From: Microthyrium microscopicum
Taxonomy: Eukaryota
Direction of reading: 5' to 3'
DNA length: 64,000 nt
Assembly (NCBI GenBank): GCA_010405405.1
Contig: MU004233.1
Coordinates: 1,439,122 to 1,503,121, forward strand
The notes beneath the pieces were generated by a model that saw only the letters and a list, made by a program, of their open reading frames with translations, made no database searches and was not told where the DNA came from. A program made the translations under genes and the position numbers. Positions 25,917-37,778 of this stretch are shown here, in pieces (within the stretch, counting starts at the first letter, position 1; every line of letters starts with the position of its first letter).

Positions 25917-26339
25917 GTCGCTTTGGACAACTAAGGAGGTGTGTTGGTATTATTTTCATTGATCGAGAGCCTAGTGTTGAGATTGCTTGGAAATGAGTTC
26001 CAGACGTTCTTTACTTCACAATGGAAGATGAGAGATCACGGGCCCAGTAAGTTCTACCTGATACTCTCTTTGGGAATGATTGGTATTGGAGTGAAAAGAA
26101 GTTATAGTCTTAGCCTGATAACCTAGATTTCTATAGGAGTAATTCGTCCCAAATCGTATTGGCCTTCTGAGCTCTGCACGCTGAATCGGGCCGCTATCTT
26201 TTTCCCTTCATGCATGTCTACCTTGGTATGCCTTACTTGATATTGTTGTCACACCTTGCGAGCACTACCGCGTCGTCTAGACAGTATCTTCATCTCTGCG
26301 ACAGACACTTCTACTACCCTAGTGGTAGCATCTTTTACC

Positions 26340-27378
26340 AGGTCTGTTGCCGGCTTTGGGTTTTCAGTCGGGGACAGCATCGCAGGTATCAACCTGATAA
26401 AAGACCTAATCAAATCACTTGAGATGGAGCTGGTCCAGGCCAAGGATACAGAGATCTGATCCGGGAGCTTTACGTTCTTGAGCGAGCGCCGATAGAAGTA
26501 AAACAACTGGATGTCCATGAGTCGCTTCAGTTCGATAAGAGTACGATCGAGCAGGCAGCATGCCAGAGCCAGGAGGTTATTTCAGCCTTTCTTGGGAAGA
26601 TTGAGAAGTATAACCACTCTTTGCGACTTTGTGGCTCTGGAAGCACCCTCAAAGATTCTCTCAAGAAGATGCAATGGTCGTTGAACAAGAAGGACGATAT
26701 CAAGGAGTTTCAGGCTCGAGGAGCTGCCCATTCGTCCGCGTTGGTCTGTCTGCTAAGTGCTTTACAGATGTGAGTTCTCATTGAATCTGCTTGGATACCA
26801 GTGCCTATGAGGCAAAACCAACTGAAAGTGTAGGAAATCGATAAGCCTTCAACCTGGCGCTAGCACAGCGGCATCTGCAACACAGTGTAACGCCATATTA
26901 AGTCTTACTCGGACAGTATCTCAAAGTTTCGCCAAGCTACACTCAGTGGTGGAAAGTATAGTGACAACCTTCAATGCTTCCAAGATCTCAAAGTTGTCAT
27001 CACTGGAACCGAAGAAGTCAGCCTGCGAAGCTTCGCATTATTGACAGACATGCAGCGACAACTTCCTCCACAAGTTCATCTCCTAGTAGTCTATCTTACC
27101 GACGCTTGTGGTGCATTTGCTACTTTGTCATTGGACTTGATCGATTCATGGGTTGATTTTGACTCGGCGCTGGAAAATCGATTCAGGAATATGTGTTCAG
27201 GAAAGATTCTGCGGAGGGAGTACGTTCTGGACAATCCCTCGACCAAGGCTCCCCCAAGCCCAGACATTCCCTGGAGTCCAAATTGCCCCGTGGTACTAGA
27301 TTGAACATGGACATGGTTTTTGGCGTTCTCGCAGTAGACAAGGAAGACATTACCTTCCAAAGAAGAATAGACTTCTAA
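26340..27378 (+). pseudogene. Probable pseudogene: fungal STAND-associated N-terminal helical (HeLo-like) domain plus ubiquitin-like domain
   Basis: GFGFSVGDSIAGINLIKDLIKSL continues after a frameshift near 26421 as DGAGPGQGYRDLIRELYVLERA...KMQWSLNKKDDIKEF; expected ATG reads AGG (26340); later LPPQV..VYLTDACG..LDLIDSWVDFDSALENRF..KILRREYVL with another frameshift before LPRGTRLNMDMVF. Confidence 0.7.
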
Positions 27379-27547
27379 AAAGACTTCACAAGGTGATGTA
27401 TTCATATCAAAAGATCGAGTCCACTACTCCCCCCTCCACCTGAATAGGTATTCAAGTGGTATACTAGCTTATAGCTCTTCCATTCTGTTGGCATTGCCAT
27501 AGGCTCCCACAATCTCATATAGGACCCCTTCGCGTTTCTGCATATCG

Positions 27548-28810
27548 TTAGCATGAAGTATATGGAGTTTTCGTCTGCACAAGAGTTTTCATTACCTTGC
27601 CATGATTATAGACCAAACGGATTTCGGGTCGAGGAATATCATTTTCTGAGGTAATAGTTCTTAATGTGAAGCTCCAGTCATTCGCAGTATGTTTGACTGG
27701 GGCCTCTGTATCTCCCATCATGTCCAGGATCTTATTCAGTTGGGAGCGATGAAAGCTGAAGTCCTGGGGCACTCGACGCATGCCTCCAGTCTGATCACGA
27801 AGCTGCTGATGCATTTGTGCTTCAACCTGAGCTATGTCAGTATAAATTAAAGCTTAGCAGAGGGTTGCCCAAGCCAACACACGTAACGAGAGCCAATTAT
27901 GACTTGCATGGCGATCCATTCGAGCATACTATGGTGGCCGTTCCATGTAATGTAAAGCTCGCCAAGTAACTCAAGTATTATAGATCGTTGTCATGAAGTG
28001 CGTTTTGATACAGGAAGAACTTAAACTTCGAAGAGTTCCCGGCTCTAGTGCGGCATCCAGCGTTGCTAACGGCGTGTATTCGGGGTGAGAGATCACTTCA
28101 GCTGCTAGCTCTGCTCTACTTGGTCTCATTCACTCAAAATAGCCGGCGGCAAAATACCATGTGGACTGAAAGCCTTGCTTGAATGAAAATATCTCAGCTG
28201 GGTATATGTTGCACTCCAAGTGTTCGACAGGAAAACGCTGCACAACCTGAGTAATGGAAGCCAATGAGTTATTCTTTTCCATTTCAAGCTCTTTGGCGTC
28301 CAGAATGAAGTTGATCCATGACACATTTGGGAAATACTCGTGGATAGCATGGATATGACCAAAATTCGCGGTATGGCAGTGCTCAAACCAGGTGCTGTAG
28401 TTTGGAATTTGCAGGCGAGTGATTAGCTTTGCGTTAAAACGCGCCAGAGAGATTCGAGTATCACTGGAGTGATGAATGCCAGCCTCTATTTGTAGCCAGT
28501 TGGTCCGTGAAATTCGTAGCCAGTTGTCCGGTGTGATCTCAAAAGCGTTGTACTTCCATATCATGTGCTGAGCTTGTTGATAGAATAGTCGACAGGTAGC
28601 AAGGATTGATAAATGCACGTTGCGTTGTCTCTTAGCCACGTGCATGCTCAATCCATTGTTCTTCGGATAACTCTCCTTGGAAACGTGTATACGGATGAGT
28701 TGATTTGCAGGAGCGACTAGCAGGTGATGGAAAATCATTTCTCGCAGCTCCACCGGCAGTTTATACTGCAAATAGGAGATGCCATCGTTGGAGATTTAAG
28801 TATTGGCCAT
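27548..28810 (-). pseudogene. Probable pseudogene of an F-box-like (LPxELRxxI) fungal protein
   Basis: KLPVELREMIFHHLL and LSILATCRLFYQQAQHMIWKYNAF motifs; the in-frame ATG at 28810 is followed by TAA at codon 5 (28796-28798); a further stop at 28130 is followed by coding-like sequence. Confidence 0.5.
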
Positions 28811-29476
28811 AACGACGGAAAGGTGGCAAGAGAGACCAAACGTAATGAGAGCGACCGACTGTACTTGGAGAGAGCGGATGTGATGGGAGAAACTGAATGT
28901 GATGAAGGTGATCGAGGGCAAGGGGGACGATAGATTGTAGTGGGAGGGATAGGTCGTGCTGATCTCGGATAATTTCCCGTTGTTGATGGCGGAATTGCTG
29001 TTGTTGATGGCGAAACTGCCTGGGATAGGTGTTAATACTTCTCTACTCATCGGTCACATCTAATTTTTTTGGGGGTCATAGCAGCCAGTCGTATAGTTGA
29101 CTTCTGCTTTCGAGGTTTTGGATAAATTTTGTGAAGCTGCTAGGAATTTCCCGAGAACGATGGGAGAAGTGAATTACGTTTATGAAATGCAGTTTAGACC
29201 GGCGCCTTTGATGGGCTCATGGCACTGAGAAATCAAAGTCACAGAGAGAGATCGGAAATGTGGTTTGCGTTGGGTATAGAGCACGGGAAGTGAGTACCCC
29301 TAACCCAAAAGTCGACTTCATTTGAAAGCACTTGATATATATAGCACAAAGTTTGCGTGTAATAATGGAAACATCAAACGCAATAAAACACTTGCAACAA
29401 AAAACTCGCAATTTGAAACGTTCGCGATAAACCACACGCAGTAAATCACTCGCAATGGAAAACGACAAACAAAATC

Positions 29477-30253
29477 CTACAAAAAGCCTTGACCAAATCC
29501 AGACCTCATACCGAGTCCTCCTGAGCTGGGCCCTCGAACGATAGACCCAGAATCAGATTCGGACCCATCATCCGACTCATCGTCAGATATGTCTTCTCGA
29601 CTGGGTTGCCAGTCATCCTCCTCTTCCTCTTCATCCTCTTCAGCGTTAGCGGAAGAAGAAGAAGTTAATGATGGTACGGCATGGACAATTTGCGGCGCGG
29701 GCATCTGTCCGATTGGTGTATTTGCGACAGTTTGTTGTCTTGGTATTGAAGTTGCACTTGGAGTCAAAAAGGGTTGCGGTGAGGGCGCACCAGATCTTCT
29801 TGATCTTTGAAGAGCAGCAACACGTGCTGTTGTTGCTGTTACTGGTGATGGTGGTGGCGATGGCCAGGGCGAGTCAGCTCTTGTGGTTGGTGCTGGTGTT
29901 GATGGTAGAAACGGGAAGTTGAAGACACGCCTTCCGGAAGGCTCGTGATGCGCTGCCGTAGCAGCAGTCGCCATCGTTCTAGCTGCTGCTATAATTGCTA
30001 CGTGGAGCGGGGTTGGCGTAACCATCGTTCCTGGATTTGGCGCTGCACGCCGCCGAGGATTGAAGAGGTTTCCTTCGCCAGGGACCCTCGCTACCCGAGT
30101 GGGTAGTCCAGGGGCGAGAGGTGTCACCCAGTTGGCAAGTGTTGCCTGCTGGGATGCCACTCGTTGACGGCGAAGGGGTCTGAGGGGGCGCGGGCTATCC
30201 CGTCCGCCCCGAAGGGGAACCATCCCTGGGACGCGAGGACAGAGCGGGCGCAT
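29477..30253 (-). CDS. Low-complexity Pro/Ala/Thr/Arg-rich hypothetical protein with acidic C-terminal tract
   Basis: 258-aa ATG-initiated ORF; EEDEEEEEDD tract; no recognisable domain. Confidence 0.45.
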   Translation of the reverse strand: MRPLCPRVPGMVPLRGGRDSPRPLRPLRRQRVASQQATLANWVTPLAPGLPTRVARVPGEGNLFNPRRRAAPNPGTMVTPTPLHVAIIAAARTMATAATAAHHEPSGRRVFNFPFLPSTPAPTTRADSPWPSPPPSPVTATTARVAALQRSRRSGAPSPQPFLTPSATSIPRQQTVANTPIGQMPAPQIVHAVPSLTSSSSANAEEDEEEEEDDWQPSREDISDDESDDGSESDSGSIVRGPSSGGLGMRSGFGQGFL

Positions 30254-32018
30254 CCTAATAGAGAAAGTTCTTTTGCGGTTGGTGGTGGAGGTGGTGGTTG
30301 TTGAAGTTTTTGGTAATGGTTGATGCTTTTACGCTGCGACAAGCGACGATGGGGGGCAACTGGTTGATTTGGAAGCTGGGTTGGAAAATTTGGTTGGTAA
30401 AATCTGTGTTGGGGAATAACTTTGGGCCTACTGTGTAAAATTGTTGTTTGTGCCAGAGGCCGGTCTGTAAATTATTGGGGGGAACGCATTACTTTATAGG
30501 CAAGAGCTGGTGCACACATCACGTCTGTGGAATCCGGTAGAGCATCGGCGCTGAACTCAAATAGGCAGGTATGTTCATCAGGTATGCGCGTGGTTGTGAT
30601 CTGGTACGGTAGGTTGGTATATGACTGTCTCTGGCGGTGGTCGACCATAGCTGAGAATCTCACGATGATTTTTAGCATTGAATTTCCACCATGCTGCTGG
30701 GGCAGTACAAGCACTGGTGGTGGTTTCTTGGAGCAAGAATTCCGCCGAAATGCACATGAATTATACTTGAGTTCGATGAGCATGATCAGTTTATCTGGAA
30801 GTTTTATGACACTTTGATGTTGGGTGTTGATCTGAATGCATGGTGAGTAAGAGTAGGAGGTAGTCAACTGGGCGATAAAATAAGTGGCACGCTCTCATCA
30901 AGTATGATGTCTGCCATCTAGTACGCTTTATGCCAAGGTATATTATCTTCTTTTCAAAGTGGATGACACTCGATTCCCCATCAAATGCGTTGGGATTTAA
31001 AGTAGCTTTTCTTTAAGAGTTGCTATAGAAGACATCATATTTGATGGGAGCGCGCCATTGATTCTGTCACCCGGTTGGTAGCCAGTGCACCTAGTACGAC
31101 GTATAAATCTATGGTTCCAAACTTCCAAGGTCCGGTTTGGTCGACGTGACGACATTTTCTGAACACTGTGGATTTTTTGCTGTAATAAATGCAACACGAC
31201 TAAAAAACCGACAAGGAAAACATTGTCCTCGGTGGGAAGTAGAAAATTGGCGTACGAACTACCTGGAGTTGAAAGACATGAAGTTAGGATAAGGCTGAAA
31301 GCAAGGCTGAGACAGCGATACTTTTTGCAGTACAAGCCCATTAATGATAGCGCTATATCATTTCTGCGGCGTTATAAGCTTTGCTGGCCCTATTTTCCAT
31401 CATGACATTAAGTCTCTAAATTGATTCCCTTCTGTTTTTCTACAGTATCGACAAGCTCGAAGCCTTCATTTGTCTCGATGACCACCAATGTTTGTTTACA
31501 GCGTGGCAATCTGGTTGGCAAAGGTGCGCAAGGGGCTTAACGTACCAGAACTACTAAACAATGCAAGAAAGCCTGACACTTGTTTCTGGACCGCTATCAG
31601 CACGATCTGTGTAACGGGTAGGCTAGATACACCAGCTTTTGGCCTTACCGTAGACAAGTGTTATGCTGAAATTAATGTTGCAGAAAATAGGGGGGCCGTA
31701 AATACACGAGCCATGGTTGCCATGTGGTTGTGCAGTTGCAGGGATGTGTCTGTTGGTTGTGCTTGCCATTTGCTGTGGTACTGCAGCTCATCCTAACCAC
31801 CACCTGCATCCCCAAACCCGCCCAACGATCTCCCTCTCCACCAACATACCGGTTGCCATATTCTTACCGCCAAACAATTGCTACCACGGTACACTCTATC
31901 ACTCGCCGCTTCCTTTTTTCGGCCCGTTAGATTTGTATATGGCTGCACGCTTCGCAAGGCTAGCTCGAGACCCCTCCATTTCCACCGCATTGATCATCAA
32001 CAACTAAATCTCACAACA

Positions 32019-33235
32019 ATGGCTTTCCTTTTCCCCAGAAACAAGCAAAAGACTACAGTCGAAATAGTTCGAAGCGCAAAAGAATCCCTTCAGAAGCTGT
32101 CTTCGGTAGAACAGCTACCTTCAGCCGTAAGATCTTCCCTTACCATGTTTACATCTCGCTAACAAATCCCAAGCAAGATGAAGCACTATCACAAAAGCTG
32201 GCACAAATGAAACTGATTCTCCAAGGGACACAAGGTCCGTAGTCATTTCCTCTCAAGCTACTATCCATGCTAATAAATTGTATAGAAACAGAAGTCAGCC
32301 CCGAACAAGTCTTTCAACTCATCAACCTCCTCCTCTCCGAAGATCTCCTCTACCTCCTCGCCACAAACATACACAAAATCCCCTTTGAAGCTCGCAAAGA
32401 CACTCAAGCAATATTCTCCAACGCTTTCCGCTACAAATCTTCTGGCCAAGCAGAGCCCACCGCCCTACACTATGTCCTCACGCACCGTCCGCAAATCATC
32501 ACCGCCCTCTGCCACGGCTACGACCGTCGCGAGTCCGCCATGCCATGTGGTGGCGTCCTCCGCGAAGCACTAAAGTACGACGCCATCGCTGCTCTTATTC
32601 TCTATGACGAACCCACACCTGATGGACAGCCACGAAATCTTGCGGAAGTCGATACAACAGCGCCCGCGAGTGGAAAGGGTGTTTTCTGGCTATTCTTTGA
32701 CTGGATCGTCAAATCGAGCTTCGAAGTCTGCGCAGACGCATTCAGCACCTTCCGCGAAATCTTAACAAAACACAAAGCCCTCGTCGCCACCTACCTCGAA
32801 ACCAACTTCACCGAATTCTTCACACTATACAACCGCGCGCTCATCCAATCAGACAACTACGTGACAAAGCGGCAATCCATCAAACTTCTCGGCGAGCTCC
32901 TACTAGATCGCGCAAACTACAGTGTAATGACGGCATACGTCGACAGCGCGGAACATTTGAAATTATGCATGAAGTTACTACTCGACGACCGGCGGATGAT
33001 CAACTACGAAGGTTTCCACGTTTTCAAAGTGTTTGTGGCGAACCCAAATAAAAGTTATGCAGTGCAGAGAATGTTGGTGAATAATCGCGAGCGGCTATTG
33101 AGGTTTTTGCCAGGTTTTCTGAACGATCGGACGGATGATGATCAGTTTATGGATGAGCGGTCTTTCTTGATTCGGCAGATTGAGTTACTGCCGCAGGCAA
33201 ATTCAGAGGCAATGGCAGGGAATCCAGACTCATAG
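32019..33235 (+). CDS. hymA: Mo25/Hym1/HymA scaffold protein (3 exons)
   Basis: MAFLFPRNKQK start, FEARKDTQAIFS, DAFSTFREILTKHK, NYVTKRQSIKLLGELLLDRANY, EGFHVFKVFVANPNK. Confidence 0.95.
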
Positions 33236-33691
33236 GAACGGAAAGGCGACGAGTTTGGCTACGGGTTGGCGAACATTCGAAACGGGTTAGTCTACCAGCA
33301 GCGGAGCCCATAGATTTGGGCGATCCGAGTAGGTGGAATTGGACTTTCACTGTCATACTGAATCTCCTTTGTATAGTCTCATTTTTTGGTAGCGGTAGCA
33401 TAGCATTGGCATGGTTTTGGTACCAAATTCACAAGAGCTCAGTTCTGATTTTACTCTATTTTCTTCACAATGTCTGATGTTGCATCCTCTTAAAGGCTAT
33501 CGCCTTACGCTGGCAATATATTGTAAGCGCATTGGATGGCTTCCATTGCGTTGATGATATGATTTCATTCAGGTTAACAATACGAGTACATATATATACG
33601 CCATTCCCCAGCCTTGTAGATTGGCCAAAACGCCTGCCCGGAAAAATCACCGCTAATGCGCCCCTTTTGATTCCACAAATATGGAGTAGTC

Positions 33692-35746
33692 TCAATCAAC
33701 CTTGATTGAATCATAAATTTTCAGTACAAATAGCCAACTCGCCAAGAAACCGATCGTGCCTGGAAATTTATCAGTCAAATATCCTGTCGCATTTTAAAGC
33801 AACTTACCAGTCAAGACGAATACTAATACACTCATCAGCGCGCTATATCCCAAATATAGTACACCACTCGTCCAGCTTGCAAAGCTTAGACTACGCACCC
33901 AGTGGAAAAGTGCATATACGAAGACGTAGGCGCCTGTTGCGCCTGCACTGTAAAAGGCTCGCCAATGCCTGAGATATATTAGTATGAGCGATAGGAAAAG
34001 GGAAGGATAGACTTACCAGTTGTAGTTCTCAGCGCACAGCATAAAATACACCATAAGTACTGTCACTGCTGCGCACATCATGACCATCAACCCGAAGCAT
34101 AGAAACAAGAAACCAAACATGTAGTAGAAACGTCCGCTCCACAGACTGCTTAGGATGAAGCTAAGCTCCACGGAAATGGCAGTGAAAGGTAGTACACCAG
34201 CGACTAGTATTGCGGGTATTGGCTTCATCCAGCCTATTGGAGGTGGTATCTGGCGCGGTATAGCATTTGTGCGAGTTGGCGCGCGAATAGCTTCTGATCG
34301 GAATCCTAACCAGCTGCCCGCCAGCGATAGAGGAAGTGAAATCACGAACCAGATGAGTACTAGCACAAGCATAGTCCCAAAAGGTACAGCACCTGACGCT
34401 CCACGCGCCCAGACAAAGAGATTGAGGAAGAAGAATACCGCAAAGACGAACAATGGCAAACACATGGGCGTGTACATGAACAGTCTGCGCCATCCCTCGC
34501 CGTTCAAGAACTTGTAAACACGGGCGCTGACATATCCATTGGCAAACCCGAAAACGGTATAAAACAATATCATGACTGTTCCCAGACTGCCACGATTCGA
34601 GGGGCTCAAAAAGCCAAATAGCGCAAAAGCGATCGTGAATCCCGTCATAAGGAACAACTGTACGCCATTGCCGACCAACACCGCCAGCGGAAGCGGGTAC
34701 CGTGGTGGTCTAAAAACATCCGCGTGCACCAGTTTCCAGCCGCTGTCTTCTGCGAGCCCATCGTCGTCGTGGATGCCGGTGCCGGCGTAGTCTTCGAGCG
34801 CGATATCTTGGTCCAAGCGGTTGTAGCGCGCGATATCTTTGCGGAGGGTGCGTAGAAGGATGGTGGAAACCATGCCGACGAGCAGGCAGACTATCACCGC
34901 AGAATTGATGAGCCAGAACCAGTGGATCTTTGGATCATAGACATGTAGGTATTTGTCCCAGCGGGTGGCGAACGGCGTGTCAGAGCGTTCCCAGACTACG
35001 CTGTAGGTCCAGGCGACTTTGGTATCTTGGTCCTCGGAAAGTTGGAGGGCTGGGCTGTCTTGTGAGCCGCATGATGCTTGCGTGCCGGTGACGACGGTGT
35101 CAGCGCGGGAGTAGGGAGCTACGCGGAAGCCGACGACTCGGTATTCGTTGCTCGCAGCCTCGTGGTACTCGACGTGGATCTCGTAGTGGTTATGAAGAAT
35201 TGGTTTACCAGTGTCCGTGTTGATCTGGCCGAGAGGGAACCCCGGAAGGGTGAAGATGTCGCCGGTTGCCATATCTTCATTTTGCATGCCTGCTGGCAGT
35301 CCGTCTACAAGCCAATTATATATGTAATTCATCAATATTCGTTGATTTACAACAGTTGAATCGGCCGGTGGGAATGTGACAGGTTCTGCTTCGGCACATA
35401 CTGCGGCGCATTGGACATTTTGTCGCATGCGCAATGCGAAGGGAGATGTAAATATTCGGTCGCCGAAAAGGATACTGCCGAGCGATTCAGCTACTTGCTT
35501 AGGGCCATCGCTTGGCTGACAGAAATGGAATTCGGAACTGTAATAATCGAAGGAATATACGGATTGGACGTTGGGATTGTTGTCGGTTTCCGAAGGCGTG
35601 AGATGGTTTACGTATAAGGGGACGACGTCACCGTCGGTATAGGAGGTAGGCGACACGCCGGGAAGATAGAAAGCATTTGATGATGTAGAGAGGAGCAGTA
35701 AAAAGTTTAGAGCGCTTAGAGCACTAAATCGCGGCCGTGGTAGCAT
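33692..35746 (-). CDS. EMP70: Transmembrane 9 superfamily (nonaspanin, EMP70/TMN) protein (3 exons)
   Basis: Signal peptide + FYLPGVSP, ESLGSILFGDRI, RWDKYL..IHWFWLINS, SGWKLVHADVFRPP, CAENYNW; last exons give HWRAF...GTIGFLASWLFVLKIYDSIKVD-stop (TGA 33692-33694). Confidence 0.95.
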
Positions 35747-36292
35747 CGTGAGATGTGTGGTTTGCGAGGAGAAGTGTAGCCTGGAAAGGAAAGGTGGCAG
35801 CTAAGGGGAGCTCATCTCAGGAGAAAATCGCTAGGCTCTGCGGTGAATGGAGGGAGAGTTACGGCAAGTATTGAACTGCTGAAGATATCTGGAGCGTCAA
35901 GTCAAAGCAGTACAGCAAATATGCGTTGGTGATAGATGCAGGTCAGAACCAAAGTGGTTGTCTTTTCTGTTCAAGGTCCAGCTTTAGAGCTGCAGGGGTC
36001 GGCGTTTGTGCAGGCATTGGGCCAAGTTGGCTGGTCACTGGTTAGCCCTGCCTCAGATCAAAATCCGTTCAGATCATCATCATATTCTTTGTTTAATGTT
36101 CTTTGTCTTTTTATACCTGCAAATAAGGAGTCAAATGGTTATTGAGAAAACCATTTTTCATTGTTTAAATCAGCCAAAACTAGAGTTGCAAATTCAAAGA
36201 ACCAATCATTATGCAAGTTCCATATGTACAAGCACTAAGTCCTGAACTCCAAAGCTACCGAGTGAAAACATAGCAATAGACTCCGACATAAA

Positions 36293-37247
36293 TTATACTT
36301 CCATGGATAGGAATATCCAGCGTTCGCTGATCATATCATCATGATCTGTCCAGTCTGCCAATGTCGAAAGTTCGAAGCCAGCCCATCCAAAGTCATGTAT
36401 CATCGCTTTGGATTCGCCTTCCAAATATCGATCCAAGCAAATGACTGCCTCAGAGCAATCGATTCCAGCAACATCACAAAGTTCAAGGAGGGCCATGAGA
36501 CTGTGCAAGATTAGTTCACGTGTGTCTCCATTTTCGCTGTCAGAACTTACCCAGGCTTCAAATCAGTCCCAAAAGCATGCCGATCAAAGAAGACAAACAA
36601 GCCCTTTGTTCCATTCTTGTCGGCAATGAACCCACGAAATCTTGCTCCACTAACATAGTCCCAGAGCTCAAAGAAGCTGCTAACACAGCCTCTCGAAGAC
36701 ATCGCGGGTGATAGCATGTAGGAGTCGTTCGAATCCATCGAGCCATTAGAGCCATCTAATTGCATAGCTGGCAAGTAGGCGCCGCCGCCCATCTTGCCAT
36801 CTGTTTGCGCATCCAACACAAGTGAGTCGTGCAAAGCCGCCCGCCCCTCACCAAGAAAGGCAGCTTTCAGAGTCTCACAGCAGAATCTCTCACATTCGCT
36901 TCGGATGTAATGCGCGGCCGCCCCTAGGCGCGTGGAACTGACGGCGTACGCGGCCAGAGGGGGGCTTTCGGGTGGTCCATGGTCGTTTCCCTACAAAAGA
37001 GCTGGTCAGTATGGAGGGGCATAGGATGAGATGATGAAAAGGTCTTTACGAGGGTAGACTTACGACCTCAGGAATACCACTCGGGCCCGCCAGCGCCGGT
37101 AGTGGAGTAATGGAAGCTGGATAGAGCCATAGAAGAAGCGTTGACAACGTAGCAGCTGGCACGGAGGCTGGTTGTAGTATTATACCCATTCTCGTGGGCA
37201 TAATTATTATTACTACTACTTCTGGAATGGGATTTGGTTATCGCCAT
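36293..37247 (-). CDS. OAZ1: Ornithine decarboxylase antizyme, translated through a programmed +1 ribosomal frameshift; introns 36991-37063 and 36501-36550
   Basis: ORF1 (37247-37068, 59 aa) ends GAGGPEWYS-TGA; the +1 frame GAG GTC splices to GNDHGPPESPPLAA...ECERFCCETLKAAFLGE...FELWDYVSGARFRGF...GLMALLELCD...CLDR...HDFGWAGFEL...WIFLSMEV, a typical fungal antizyme. Confidence 0.93.
37064..37079 (-). promoter_or_regulatory. Antizyme +1 frameshift site TGG-TAT-TCC-TGA-G
   Basis: UCC-UGA shift site as established for antizyme mRNAs; skipping the U of UGA restores the ORF2 frame after splicing. Confidence 0.9.
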
Positions 37248-37778
37248 TGCTTGGAAGAGCCAGGGTTGCTGTGGATTCTGGTATGCGGGGGTTGGTGGTT
37301 TTGGATTGGAGGCGGTGGATGCTTCGGCTGAAGCAGAAATTGGTGAGCTGGCTTTGGGTTTATGTTTTTCAGAGATTTGTAGACTGGTTAAAGGCAGACT
37401 TGGAATCAGACGACAGACTGGATGATTTCCAGACCGACGTTGCAAACGAAGTTGTGATTGTTGGGAAACTGTGGGGAAGATTGGAGGATGAAGTGGCCAA
37501 AGGATGGCAAAGGGTCCACCAAGCCACTAACTGCCTTTGGAAGGTCGAGCCGACCACCACCACAACGACCTTCCCAAAGAGGTAATGCAATATTTCCTAA
37601 TTAGGACTTCTTACAAACACGTACACTGCCGTCGTTTTCGCGCTCACCACGCTATAATTACTAGCAAATACCTGTTCAAGCCAGTATACTAAGGCTCGAT
37701 AACTCAGCTGAGGACACAGTTGGTTGTAAGTTAGGTATTTCTGCCTCGAGTACAATCTGCAATACGTTATATGCAGCT

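Noticed and set aside
30472..31405. Short ORFs that might be a decayed gene
   Set aside because: No recognisable motif or consistent frame; cannot be supported without BLASTx
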